Assembly: GCA_977030845.1 (NCBI GenBank)
Contig: OZ365115.1
Location: forward strand, 29,884,001 to 29,948,000
Source of the DNA: Fimbriosthenelais zetlandica
Lineage: Eukaryota
Direction of reading: 5' to 3'
Length of the DNA: 64,000 bases
The notes beneath the pieces were generated by a model that was not told the origin of the DNA, did not search any database, and saw only the letters and a program-made list of their open reading frames with translations. How positions within the stretch are numbered: the stretch's first letter is position 1; each line of letters starts with the position of its first letter. Shown here one piece after another: positions 1-11,600 of the stretch. Made by a program: the position numbers and the translations under genes.

Positions 1-171
1 ATCCCACTCTGAAAAAATCGAATCACTTGTAAACAAAAACGACACTATGGTATATTGTATCTACCGGTACCTAAGTACAACATGCAGAGCTAGATATAAT
101 AGTCTTCGGATAAGGAGCATGGACTCAACGATACATAACAATTAACATTGACTTCTTCAATTAAATGTTAC

Positions 172-3100
172 CTTGGATTTCTGCTAAGTCATCACTCTCT
201 TCAAATGATCCTGCACAGTGTGATTTAGGCAATCCAAAATTAATATACCGGTAGTTAGCATAAATTCAAATTGTGGTGTATTAGTGATAATCTCAAACTG
301 ATGTATATAGATGTAATAGAGAACTCACCACTGACGGCGCCTCCAGGTCGGTGCATGTCCACCCCTGAATCTTTATGGGTCGGATCCAGGCCACTGTCTT
401 CTCTTTTGATGGGTGGGATGACCCTACGGCTTCTGGCCGACAATATGGGACTAGTCATACTTTTCTTCGGGGAGGTAGGTGTTAGCGGCCTGAACAAAAG
501 TAAATAGTTGTTTTATATTAAACATGTTACTTTAAAAACTTGATCTGATTATACATTGCATGTATATCAGTCAAAGACAGGTCCAGGATTTGTGTTGGGG
601 TTGGGGGCGGGGTCAACCCTGTGAAAATAGATTCACCCATGTATAATAATGTACATGATATTTTGTAATTATAGATATTACAAGCAATAGAAATCATGGT
701 AGAAAGCACAAAATGTACCGTAATCCTAGTCTAAATAGGCCATGTAGATGATCAAGCCAAGTTCATATTTCAGTAGTGAAAGGATTGAAGTTCTATTTCA
801 GTCAGTATCAGATAGATATAGAATAAGAAGTGTAAGATAATCCATGTATTTCCACACTTTAAAGTGACAATACAATCCATCAAATAGGTGCCTTGATAAT
901 CAATTTCACATATAAATGGTGGCCACAATTACAATGAAAATCTGTGCCGAGATCATATTCGAATATCCAAAAGTTTTAGTGTATATCTTAATCCTATGAG
1001 GCTTTGGTATACAGCCAGGAAATGGTCCTATTCTGAAGTATACGACTTCAAACTTTACGTATTTTCAAATTCACACAGCAATTGGAAGCAAGCCAGGAAA
1101 TAAGAAAGCTGCTAAAAGCGAAAGCATTCTAAATACTGTCTTGGACAACACCACCATAAACCAACCTTTTCTCATGCTGGGCGAATTTAGCTTCACTGAA
1201 ATTTAATTTCAGGCTTAGTTACATTCACATATCCCATGACACTTTAAAACTGATTTAAATGTTATTCATTTACAAGATTATCCCAATGGAAATAGCTTTA
1301 GGCTTTAATTCATTGGACAGTTCCTTCTTCTTGTTTTTAAACGATGAATATTATAAATGTTTGTAATCTTTTGTTGAATGTCTAGATTAGATTGTATTGA
1401 TGTAGATGTAATGGGTTACTCACTCTATCATCTGTGGTCTGGGTGTAGGTTTAGAGGTAAAGACTGGAGTAGATGATGGGGCTGGCCTGGTCCTCATTAT
1501 GTTACTTGTCTCAGTCAGTGGGTGGTTGACCGGTATCTTCTCTACAGCTGGAGAGTCTTTAGCGTTAAGATTCTTCATCTGTATCAACAACTCCTTCTCT
1601 GTGATGAACTTAGACAGGTTCTCTTTAATGTAAGGCAATGCGAGGATATTGCGGGCACTAGAAATGGACAAAAAGAGAGGCCCTTGCCAAAACATCCACC
1701 TGGTATTGTCTAATAGTTAGCTACATTTAAGTTCCCAATTTAAATTACTTCAAAGTTAGGCTTTGAAATATTTAATATTCTGAGGAAAATTCATTTGGTC
1801 TATAGTAAGGAGGGTTGTTAACTGTACCTTGGTCTGTCTTCTGGATTTTTCTTTAAGATGGCTTGAATGACACTGGTGAGCTCGGAGGAATATTGGGAAG
1901 GAATGGGCTGAAACAATGAAAAGTAATTTATCAATCAGCCGGCCTATCTATCCATATAGTATTACGTTATTGTAATGGACGAGAGAGGGATGCAGGGGCT
2001 AGGCTGTCCACAGGTCATGGTTCATCCACTCAGTGCCCTTCACATTCTTTATACTAATATACGTTTTGGGGGGCTATTGTAAAATATTATTTTTCCCTGT
2101 ATGAAACCGATATGCTTAAATAGGTTAGCCTGTCATCCAAGCCTCGATGTCCCCGAGTGACCACAGGGTGGGACGAATGCTCTGCTTACAATGAGTTCAG
2201 ATATAAACCTATTTTACTCCTATTAGCATTTAGTGGTCATTCTGTAATACTCACTTCGTACTCGGCCTTGACAATCTTGTAGAAAAGGCTGATGAGGTTA
2301 TTGGCATCAAAAGCCGATCGTAATGCACAGATTTCGTACAGCAAACATCCTAATGCCTGAAATAAGAATCCCAATACAAACTGATAACATATCACGTGTT
2401 AAATATTCGTGTTTAATTTCCTATCTCATTGGGATGAGTTTAAAATTATTTAAAAAAACCTAAAGTAGAGAAGACTTACCCAGACATCAGCTTTAGAACT
2501 GTAAGGTATATCTTGACACATCTCGGGGCTCAAGTAGCAAGGGGTGCCCACGCATGTACTGGCCACGTCAATAGTAGCATCCATCATTTTTGAGATCCCA
2601 AAGTCACCTTCAAATTACATGATAACAGTAAACATCGCGTTTTTTAAGCTAGGACAAAATGAAAAATGACAATAATTATTGAGGAACTTTATACTTACCT
2701 AATTTACACGTCATCCCAGTTTTTGTCATGAACACATTCTGGGTTTTCAGATCTCTAGAGATAAATAATACGATCGGATAGTATGGGTTTAATCACATTG
2801 GAATAATTCATATTATTTAGGAAAAATGAACAGAAACAATATTGTACCTGTGGAGAATTTTCCTTGAATGCATGTACTGAACCGCCATAGCAACTTGAAT
2901 AAACCACTGAAAAAATATAATAGACACATTCAAATAACCCCAGAATATGTAGGCGTAGGCCTATAAGAGTGGACAAATAAAAAATAAAAATTTCTAGGAC
3001 TTTAATTTTGGCCTACCTGTACAACTTGCTTCTCTGGAAAGTGTTCTTTTCTCTGAAAGTAAATTATCAATTTTCACAAAACACAATTTTGATTTCAGTT

Positions 3101-4053
3101 GAGCTAGAAATATATAATTTAAAAATACATAAATTACATATTCTTTACATATTCTTATTTAAAACCCCCACAATAGGCTACCATATCGTACTTACTCGAG
3201 CAGCATCCAATATTTTGTCATCTAATGTTCCCCCATCGCAATAATCCTAAAATAAGATAAATTTCTTGCAAATTAATTAACTACAACTACACTACAACAC
3301 GTTATCTCTCTACATTAAAATAGTTGACATAGAGGAAAAAATCAACAAAGGGTTAGATGATATGCAGATTAGATAATGAGTAAATACATATAGCCCTACC
3401 TGAAGGATGCACAGGTATTCCTGCCTTTCATCAAAAAATGAATCGTGGTAGGCGACAATGTTTGGATGTTTCAACTCAGAAAGTATCCTGTAAAGAAATA
3501 ATTCATCATTTCCATTCATGGGTGTAAGAAACCCTGTGAAGGCCTAGGCCCGGATACATTATTCATTTTAATAATGCTAATGAATAAAGTATCAGTGCCA
3601 CTGTAGGCAGGCCTACTAGCCTACTAGTAACAGTCGGTAAGCGTAAACGTTATAAATATGAAATATAATTATTTTTCCTTTTGGGAAAATGTATTTACAT
3701 CAGCCTAATTTCTATTATTAATTCTTAATTTTAAATTTTGCATCAATGCTTACTTTGCTTCTTTCATGACAGCCTCTTTGCTTCTGTTCTTCCTTCCCTC
3801 ATCAAGCTGAATTTTTTTCAAAGCAAATAACCTAAAATAAAAGTAATACGATACAGGTGAATGACTTATTTCAACTCATTATTTCAATTGATTGTCAAAA
3901 CTCTTAGGCATCTAAAGTAATGATTACAGTACAATAATAGTCTATACCAGGCCTGGGTAGGCCTACTTACTTTCTTGTCTTTTTATCACGAACTAGATAT
4001 ACTGCCCCACAGTTACCTTTACCGAGGCGCATCACATTTTCAAACTTGTCCAT
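172..4053 (-). CDS. NIMA-related (NEK family, NEK4/NEK1-like) Ser/Thr kinase; multi-exon, 3' end runs off the left edge of the window
   Basis: Exons in coding order: 4053-3971, 3831-3754, 3487-3400, 3246-3196, 3052-3017, 2906-2848, 2754-2699, 2607-2480, 2356-2255, 1907-1828, 1657-1424. All are GT-AG and frame-consistent, giving MDKFENVMRLGKGNCGAVYLV...ALKKI...KEAK...HPNIVAY...DYCDGG...HRDLKTQNVF...GDFGISK...TCVGTPCYLSPE...DVWALGC, a complete kinase domain with the NEK-type HRDLKxQN motif. Likely Pro/Ser-rich tail exons at 1195-1166, 618-531, 489-329 and 210-172; one linking exon between 1165 and 619 was not resolved. Confidence 0.9.
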
Positions 4054-4389
4054 TATAAGCGTATGTCTTCTATTTATTCCTGTCAATTAAAAGAAAATAA
4101 AACAATTGAAGAAAAAGTATGTATTCTGAGGGCAAGAGGATTTCCAGGCTACCGTTCAGCATAGACGTTCAGCAACCACAGCCTGCGAGTGCGACACGAT
4201 AGGGTCAGGCCAGCGTGGCCATTCAGAGCCATCTAAGGCCAATTTGATCAATGATCTGGCTTCAAAATTAATCCTAGACAAACACCAATAGACAATCTTT
4301 TTATTTCTAACCCCAAAACACTAGAAGAAGGCACAAAGCACTGACATACCACAAGAGAAGCAGAAGAAAATGTAGAAATATGGCTAATC

Positions 4390-4495
4390 GTCCGCCATGA
4401 TGTAAACAAACTAATGGCGATATTACAAGGTCTCTGATTGGTTTATTTCAACACTTCATAGCCAATGAAAAGCCTTGTTATAAATGTGAGATTGG
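4390..4495 (-). promoter_or_regulatory. Candidate promoter of the NEK gene (YY1-like CCGCCAT, forkhead GTAAACAAA, three CCAAT boxes)
   Basis: CCGCCATGAT at ~4392, TGTAAACAAA 4401-4410, ATTGG 4437-4441, CCAAT 4462-4466, ATTGG 4491-4495. A minus-strand donor (GTATGT) at 4348 and acceptor at 4080/4081 would give a short 5' UTR exon. Motif inspection only. Confidence 0.45.
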
Positions 4496-4580
4496 TTTGG
4501 TCGATTCTTACCTCCACGTAATAGAGAGTTCTCAGATTTCTACCCACATGATGGAGGGGCTAAATACCATATGCTAAATA

Positions 4581-5232
4581 CGGTTCAATGGAGTCAAAAC
4601 ACAACAAATAAATAGAAATAACATATACCTGTATATATGCTGAATCTGCAGTCAGGAAGTTGCTGGATTTCTGATAAAAGAGGTGAGAATCTTTCGTCCA
4701 TTGACTTAGCATTGAGCAGTAGTTCCCAATTTTGCCGGTGGTGACGCTGTTGTATGGGGCGCTATCAGAATTTTCATGAGTCATTTCTGAGACAAATTAC
4801 AGTTTAATGGAGTCAAAACACAGCATATTAATAGGGATAAAGTATACCTATCTGCATGCATGGATATTGCAGCCAGAAAGTTGCTGGATTTCTGATAAAA
4901 GAGGTAAGAATCTATCGCCCATTGACTTTGCATTGAGTGCTAGTTCTCGCTTTTACCGGTGGTGACGCTGTTGTATGGGGCGCTATCAGAATATTCAGGA
5001 GCCATTTCTGAGAGAATTTACAGCTTAATGGAGTCAAAACGCAACATATGAATAGGGATAGCGATCTATCTACCTGTATGCATGGAATCTGCAGCCAGAA
5101 AATTGCTGGATTTCTGCGAAAGAGGTAAGAATCTTTCGCCCATTTTTTTTTTAGCACTGAGCGGTAGTTCCCGCTTTTGCTGGTGGTGGCGCTGTTGTAT
5201 GCGGCGCTATTAAACAACATTCAGGAGGCATT
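4581..5232. repeat. Three diverged tandem copies of a ~221-bp unit between the NEK and GABA-B-like genes
   Basis: AATGGAGTCAAAAC, TTGCTGGATTTCTG, GAGGT(A/G)AGAATC and GGTGGTG(A/G)CGCTGTTGTATG each recur three times with 219-222 bp spacing. Confidence 0.9.
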
Positions 5233-5370
5233 ATAGTTCTATCACAGAATTGTTCCTCTCAGTTCTATGATTAAATTGAAACAAAATAATTGAGGGACCT
5301 GTAGCTAGCCTATCTAGGCTATTAGGCCTATAGCCTATGCCTACTAGAAAGCCACCATGGCCTAGGCGAT

Positions 5371-5418
5371 GTGTCAGACCATAGAGGTGTAGAGAGGTAC
5401 ACCTCTATGGTCTGACAC
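5371..5418. repeat. Perfect 21-bp inverted repeat with a 6-nt loop
   Basis: GTGTCAGACCATAGAGGTGTA-GAGAGG-TACACCTCTATGGTCTGACAC; the arms are exact reverse complements. Confidence 0.95.
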
Positions 5419-5621
5419 GCAGATCAATAGGCCGGTGATATTCTCGTTCCTCGTTTCTCCGCTCTATAAAACCCCTTTCTTCTCCCATGCATTTTACTTT
5501 TTCCTTGGCTAGGCCTATACAACATTCAAACGCTCTTTTAATAATTGTTATCATCCCCAATTCCAGCACTCTAGGCTACCATGTGTGCAAAGTAGAATAT
5601 AAGAGTAGATCATCTTTATCG

Positions 5622-8600
5622 ATGTTTCAAGCAAAGAAAATGGTTTCCACGAAGAAAATATTTATTCTCTATACAGTTTCCATTTTATTCCAACCAGTGT
5701 ACCCACAGAGCGTGGCTCCATCTAAGACAAAGAAGATCCACTTTATTGGTCAGTTTGCCATGAGTGGGGCCTGGCCGGGAGGTCTCTCCTGCCTGCCGTC
5801 AGCCTTAATGGCTCTGGGACATGTCAACTCACGAGAAGATATCCTCCGTAATTACGAGCTGGTGATGCACGTTAATGATACTGAGGTAAGTACGATAAAC
5901 TAATACCTTAGATATATCTTATTGGCCTACATTTATAACTGTAATGCAAAACACCGGCCTACATCTTTCTTGCACTTTTTTTAATTGCACTCCATTTTTT
6001 TTACCTTCACTTTTCAGTGTGAAGGTGGAAAGGGTACGGATGTTATGTACTGGCAGCTCTACCGACCGCCGATAAAAACAATGGTGTTTGCCGATGGATG
6101 TTCTATTGTCTCTGAACCCACGACCAGAGCCTCAAAACATTGGAACATGGTCATGGTAAGCTAATCTCACTCCAAAGATAATTGTCTAATACAGTGCTCC
6201 CCCCCGATACCGACCACCAAAGGGACCTAGCTGAAGTGGTCGGTTAAAGGAGGGGGTTGGTTTAAGGGGGGATGGGGGCGTGGTCGTCATCAATAATCAA
6301 TGCCGACCAAAATAATTTATGGAAAGTTAAATCAGTCAAAAGAAATTAATATATAGCCACAAAATATTGAAAATAATTTAAACATTTATTTGTTCAGAAT
6401 TCCATGAAAACAAAATGAACAATTAAATGAATAAAATTATTCAAATATGGTTGTTAAGCTAAATATATAGTAAGGATTATTATACCCCTTTGAAGCTATT
6501 TCCCGCCTGGCGCGACGGAGTAGACAATAGAGGGATTAGTGTGGCTATATGAAGGACTACCTGGTACCCTCCCCACCCCAACAATGGATGAGATAGCCTA
6601 TTGTCTTTGACCGCGACGCATTGTTTTCCATTGGTGTTTAAAATCACAGTAGATATTTTTATTCAAACAAAATTCATTCCGAATATTTCCAGGGCTAATT
6701 CATGTGACGTTATATACAAGACAATTTTCTCTTTTTTCTTTGAAGTAACCTCGTCATAATTATAGACACAAAACTTAGCAGATATTAACACAAATTGAAC
6801 CAAAATATTTTTCAGGGAGACTTGGCTTGTAGGACAATAAAATGGTACGATTATGTGGGATTGGAGGAGAGGGGGTTGTGGGAAGAGTTAGAACATATTT
6901 GTGTATATCCCACATTATTTTTCTCCTGTCCCCACCTTGAGCACAGTAATTAAGTGCGTTAATCTACAGGGAGATTAACCACTGAACCAACATGCCACCG
7001 ATTGTCATTCTGTCGGCCGACTACAGTTGAGCCGTCCTCTTTGATGTCCAGGTCAGAGTGTGGTCGGTTAAAGGGGTGAAATTTCTAACGATTTTCCCAT
7101 TTTGGACCGAAAAAAGTGGTCGGTAACCGGAATCGGGGGGTGGTCGGTTTAAGGGAGGATAGCTATATTGAAATATATAAGGAAAAAAACGGGACCGGGC
7201 AAAACTGGTCGGTTAGAGGGGGTGGTCGGCTGGAGGGGGTGGTCGGATGGGGAGGGAGCACTGTATTTCATAATAATAAGGCATATTGGAATTTTGTTAT
7301 TATTATTCCTGTATGGCTAATCACTATTACATTTTTCCTTTTCATAAAGTTAAGTTGGGCGGCAGCTTCGCCAGCCCTGTCTGATAAGAACATCTATCCT
7401 CGCTTTTTGCGGATGGCCTCGCCTGATCAACTCATGAACCCCGGACGGATCGCCATGCTAAGAGAATTTAACTGGAAGAAAGTGGCCGCCATCAGTGAAA
7501 CATTCGCTTTGTTCTCTGCTGTGAGTTCTTCTTTCTCAAACTTTATTAAACTCTAAAAGAAAAACTTGAAGAAAAAATGATTCACAGATGATTTTATTAC
7601 AGGTCACAGATGATTTTATTCTGAGGATTCCTGATTTTAATATTACAATGATCACATCTGAAATCTTCACAGATGATCCCTCCCTCCAAGTGCAAAATCT
7701 CAAGGTATGTCTATACAGAAACTCTTCATATCCAAGTGTCTTAATTAATACACTATTGACTAGTAGAAAAGACATAACATAAATAACAGGTACTAACAAA
7801 ATGATGTCCTTATCTGTTAAAGAAACATGATGCCAGGATCATACTTCTCGGATCTTATGAAGAGAATGCAGCCAAGGTCATGTGTGAGGTGAGTTCCACT
7901 ACCTATGGATCTTGTCTCCTATATCTGGTATCATAGACGCTCCTTTTCAAAATCTATCTAGCTTTTCAAAATAAAATACCTGGTTTTTCCAGACATTGAA
8001 TAATACAGTATACATTTATATAATAGGCGTATAAACATGAAGTGTATGGGGCCAAGTATGTATGGATCTACCCCTCATGGTATAGCCAGAACTGGTGGGA
8101 AAAATTCAACATTGGATGTACTAAAGAGGAACTGGTAATCGCCCTGGAGGGGTCGTTTGCAACAGGTAAGCTAAAGAAAAATCATAACCTCTAAATTCAT
8201 TTCATTATTTCTGGTACTGCAGTAATGGAGAATGAAAAATTATCTATTACTCCAAAATATTATGAAAAAGAAGTTTATAGGGGATGAAAATGTCTTCTTC
8301 GTGATGCAGTTCTCAAGATGAAAAAGTTATTTTCAAAAGGAAAATAAACTAGAATATTTTCTATTTTCCAGGATTTATGATGGCCAACACAGTTGAGGAA
8401 AGAGGTATCGCCGGATTAACTTCTAAAGAATATGCCGCAATGTTTGATAAGATAGTACCGCCTGGACCTGACAGGGTTGGTATTGGTGAATGGTATAACA
8501 CGTATGATGGTGTATGGGCCATAGCTCTTACCTTTAATAAAACAATAGAGCGACTCGCTGAAATGGGTGAGTTGCTTCCTAGCAAATCTATATTTTATTC

Positions 8601-11600
8601 ATCTGAAACTAATTTAATATCATTTCCAGTTGATATGTTACAAAGCAATTATACTCACGGCGCATGATGGAAAAAGGCAATTCACGAATAATTTCAAATT
8701 CAATAAACAAAAAATAGTAAGCGCGCCAACTGGCAGAACTATTAGCACCATCCAGGTGCATGCAAAGGAGACATCTCCTCTATAGATCTAAAAGGACACT
8801 AACCCTTCAGTAATTTCTTTGTGTGTAGTGTTCTTTGATTTCGGTTTACAAAAACCAAATAGTCTTTGAAGATCATGAATATATTTTTTCCCATTTGCTT
8901 GTGTATAAAAGCAACTAGGGATCAATATTTGGTTGTCGTTTTTCCAATGGTTGGCAAAGCGCTTTTCACGCTATTTCTTTTTGGAACATATACCAAAGGA
9001 TTTTACATATGAACACGTCCCCAATGATGATGCAAAAAATAGCCACAATACATGAGAGACTGAATATTGTAGTGCCAGTCTTTTATTGATGTTGAAAAGC
9101 AAATGGAATTGATTTGATGGAGATGAAAGATTAGGCCTTCCATCTTTTATTGTCAGCCCAGAAATATGCCCACAAAAGGAAAAAGGAAAAGTTGATTTAG
9201 GCAAATCCCCTACAATCCTCAAAATATATAGCAGGTCTAGTTGGTGATTCATGGACTCGTGTATCCCCGAGTCTCTGATGGACCCACGTCTTATGAACAC
9301 AGTTCAATACTCTGTCCAGTTCTATTGACTTCCTTACTGTTTCTCATTATCTGGATCAAAAGGAAAAATGGAAATGTGAGAAGCATCATGTCGATAGTGA
9401 ATCGAATAGCACGTGGGTTGTAGGGTTCGAGTCGATATCACACCCAAACTCTCCCATGTACATGTGGCGGTCTAATCATTGTATTGTATACTTAATTATG
9501 ACTTAGATACCAACAAATAAGACAAAAATTTGTGGTTGGACGATGAGATTAATAAAATAAACCATAATTATAAAGAAGTTAAATTTGTAATCATCCATGT
9601 AAACCTATCATTATATATGCAGGAAAGACACTGGATGACTTCACTTATGATAATAAAGAGATAGCAGACATCATTCAGGAAACCATGTATGGGGTTGAAT
9701 TTCTCGGCGTCAGGGGACCTGTGTTTTTTGACGAAAATGGAGATTCTTTTCTTCCCATGGAAATCACACAACTTCAAGGTGAATATGATTAATATATTAT
9801 CACTCTCCCGACCTCTTTTTATCGTAACTATTTAATCCGTTATAACCCGTTATATCCATTATGAATACTTTATTATAGTTTATGTAACAAATGTATGGCT
9901 GTTATAACGTATTCTATACACTTTATTCATATCTAGATGGGATGATGAAAAGAGTCGGTTTATATAGTCCCAGTGAAGACACCCTTTCATGGACTTCAGA
10001 TATTAAGTGGCTTGGTAAGATTTTTGATATAAAATAGAATCAAAATGAAGAAGGTGTATTTATATCATATAATTCAAATATATAATAGCTGTAATTCATA
10101 TTATAAATTGTTTAAACAAAATTCATTTCAGGTGGCTCTGTACCTAGGGACTCCACGACGTATATCATAGAGTTGACCTATGTTTCTGCACCAGTCTATA
10201 TTGCTGTTTGTTCATTTGCTTCAGTCGGAATCCTTATAGCAATTTTTCTCTTGACATTCAACATTGTCTATAGGAAGTACAGGTATTGATAGACCGAGAC
10301 TAACAATATTTTATTATCAAAAGGTCGGTTTGGGTGGCATCAAAATAGAAAATGGTCATTGCTTATTTGTCTATTCTTGTCTGATCTTATAGGCCCGATT
10401 AAATACATTTTTTCGTCTTTTAGTTTTATATTGGATTGTAATTTATTGTTGATTATTTTTAAAGGATGATCAAGATGTCCTCTCCTGTGATGAATAATAT
10501 CATCCTGGCTGGTTGTATCCTCAGTTATCTCACGGTTTTCATTCAGGAACTCTCTGACCAATATGTGGAACTTCTCTGCAAGGCGTGTACAAAATAGTTT
10601 TAAGATATTGAATTTAGCACATTATAATGTAGGCCTTAGCCTATAAAGCTCATTTTCTAGTGCTCAGATTTGAATACTATGATTATTCAGGTTCGTACTC
10701 TGACTGTCATGGTGGGCTTCTCCCTCTCTGTTGGCGCACTTTTTGCCAAAACCTGGCGAGTGTATGTGATCTTTACTAATAAGACTAAAAAAGTTGTAAG
10801 TATCATCAACTCGTTGGTATCACGTAGAATTATATCGAATTAAATAGAAATAATAGAAAAACTTAGGCTAAATATAACTGTTTGAAATGATGTTCTGAAT
10901 AGAGATTCAAATAATCCCGAGTCATAACTGATAGAAACAAAGAATTCAATAGACGATTATTAAATATTGGTCCTTTGTCTTTAGATTCTGAAAGATTACC
11001 AACTGGTTCTTATAGTGGGCGTGATTGTAGGCGTGGATGTGGTCATCTTTGTTATCAGGGAATTCATTGCCCCACTCTATGTCGAAATCCAAGTCGCCGT
11101 GACTGAAGTAAGAATGAGTATTAACTCTAATTGATACGAATCGACAAAAGTCTTTTATAACTGATGATTCAAGAAAATTTAAATTGTTTTACCCAAACAT
11201 AGCTTCCTTTTACATGCAGAAACTTTGCCTTCCAGATATTAAATATTTTTCATTGTATCAATAAAATAATTCCCACCTTTGCCACACAGGAATATAATGA
11301 CGGGGATCTCATTGTCCAAAAGGAAATAATGATCTGTAAATCTGACTACGGGCTCTACTTTCAAGGCGTGATCTACGGTTTCAAAGGATTGATGCTCATT
11401 TTTGGTGCTTTCTTGGCATGGCAGACCAGGAAGGTAAGCTCGGAGGCAAACAGATGTGTATATATGACCTGTACAGGAAAATAACGAAATATATGACTTA
11501 TATTGCATTATTATAAATACTATCTCGGTGTACAGGTGAACATCCCCGCCCTGAACGACTCTCAGTATATAGGTATGTGCATCTATAACGTGGCTGTACT

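Noticed and set aside
1013-1032. 20-nt exon that would complete the NEK tail frame
   Set aside because: It fits the phase, but the donor (GCT|GTATAC) is weak and the peptide has no support; left unresolved.
9424-9433. B-box-like GGTTCGAGTC (tRNA or SINE)
   Set aside because: No A-box at proper spacing, no cloverleaf and no tail.
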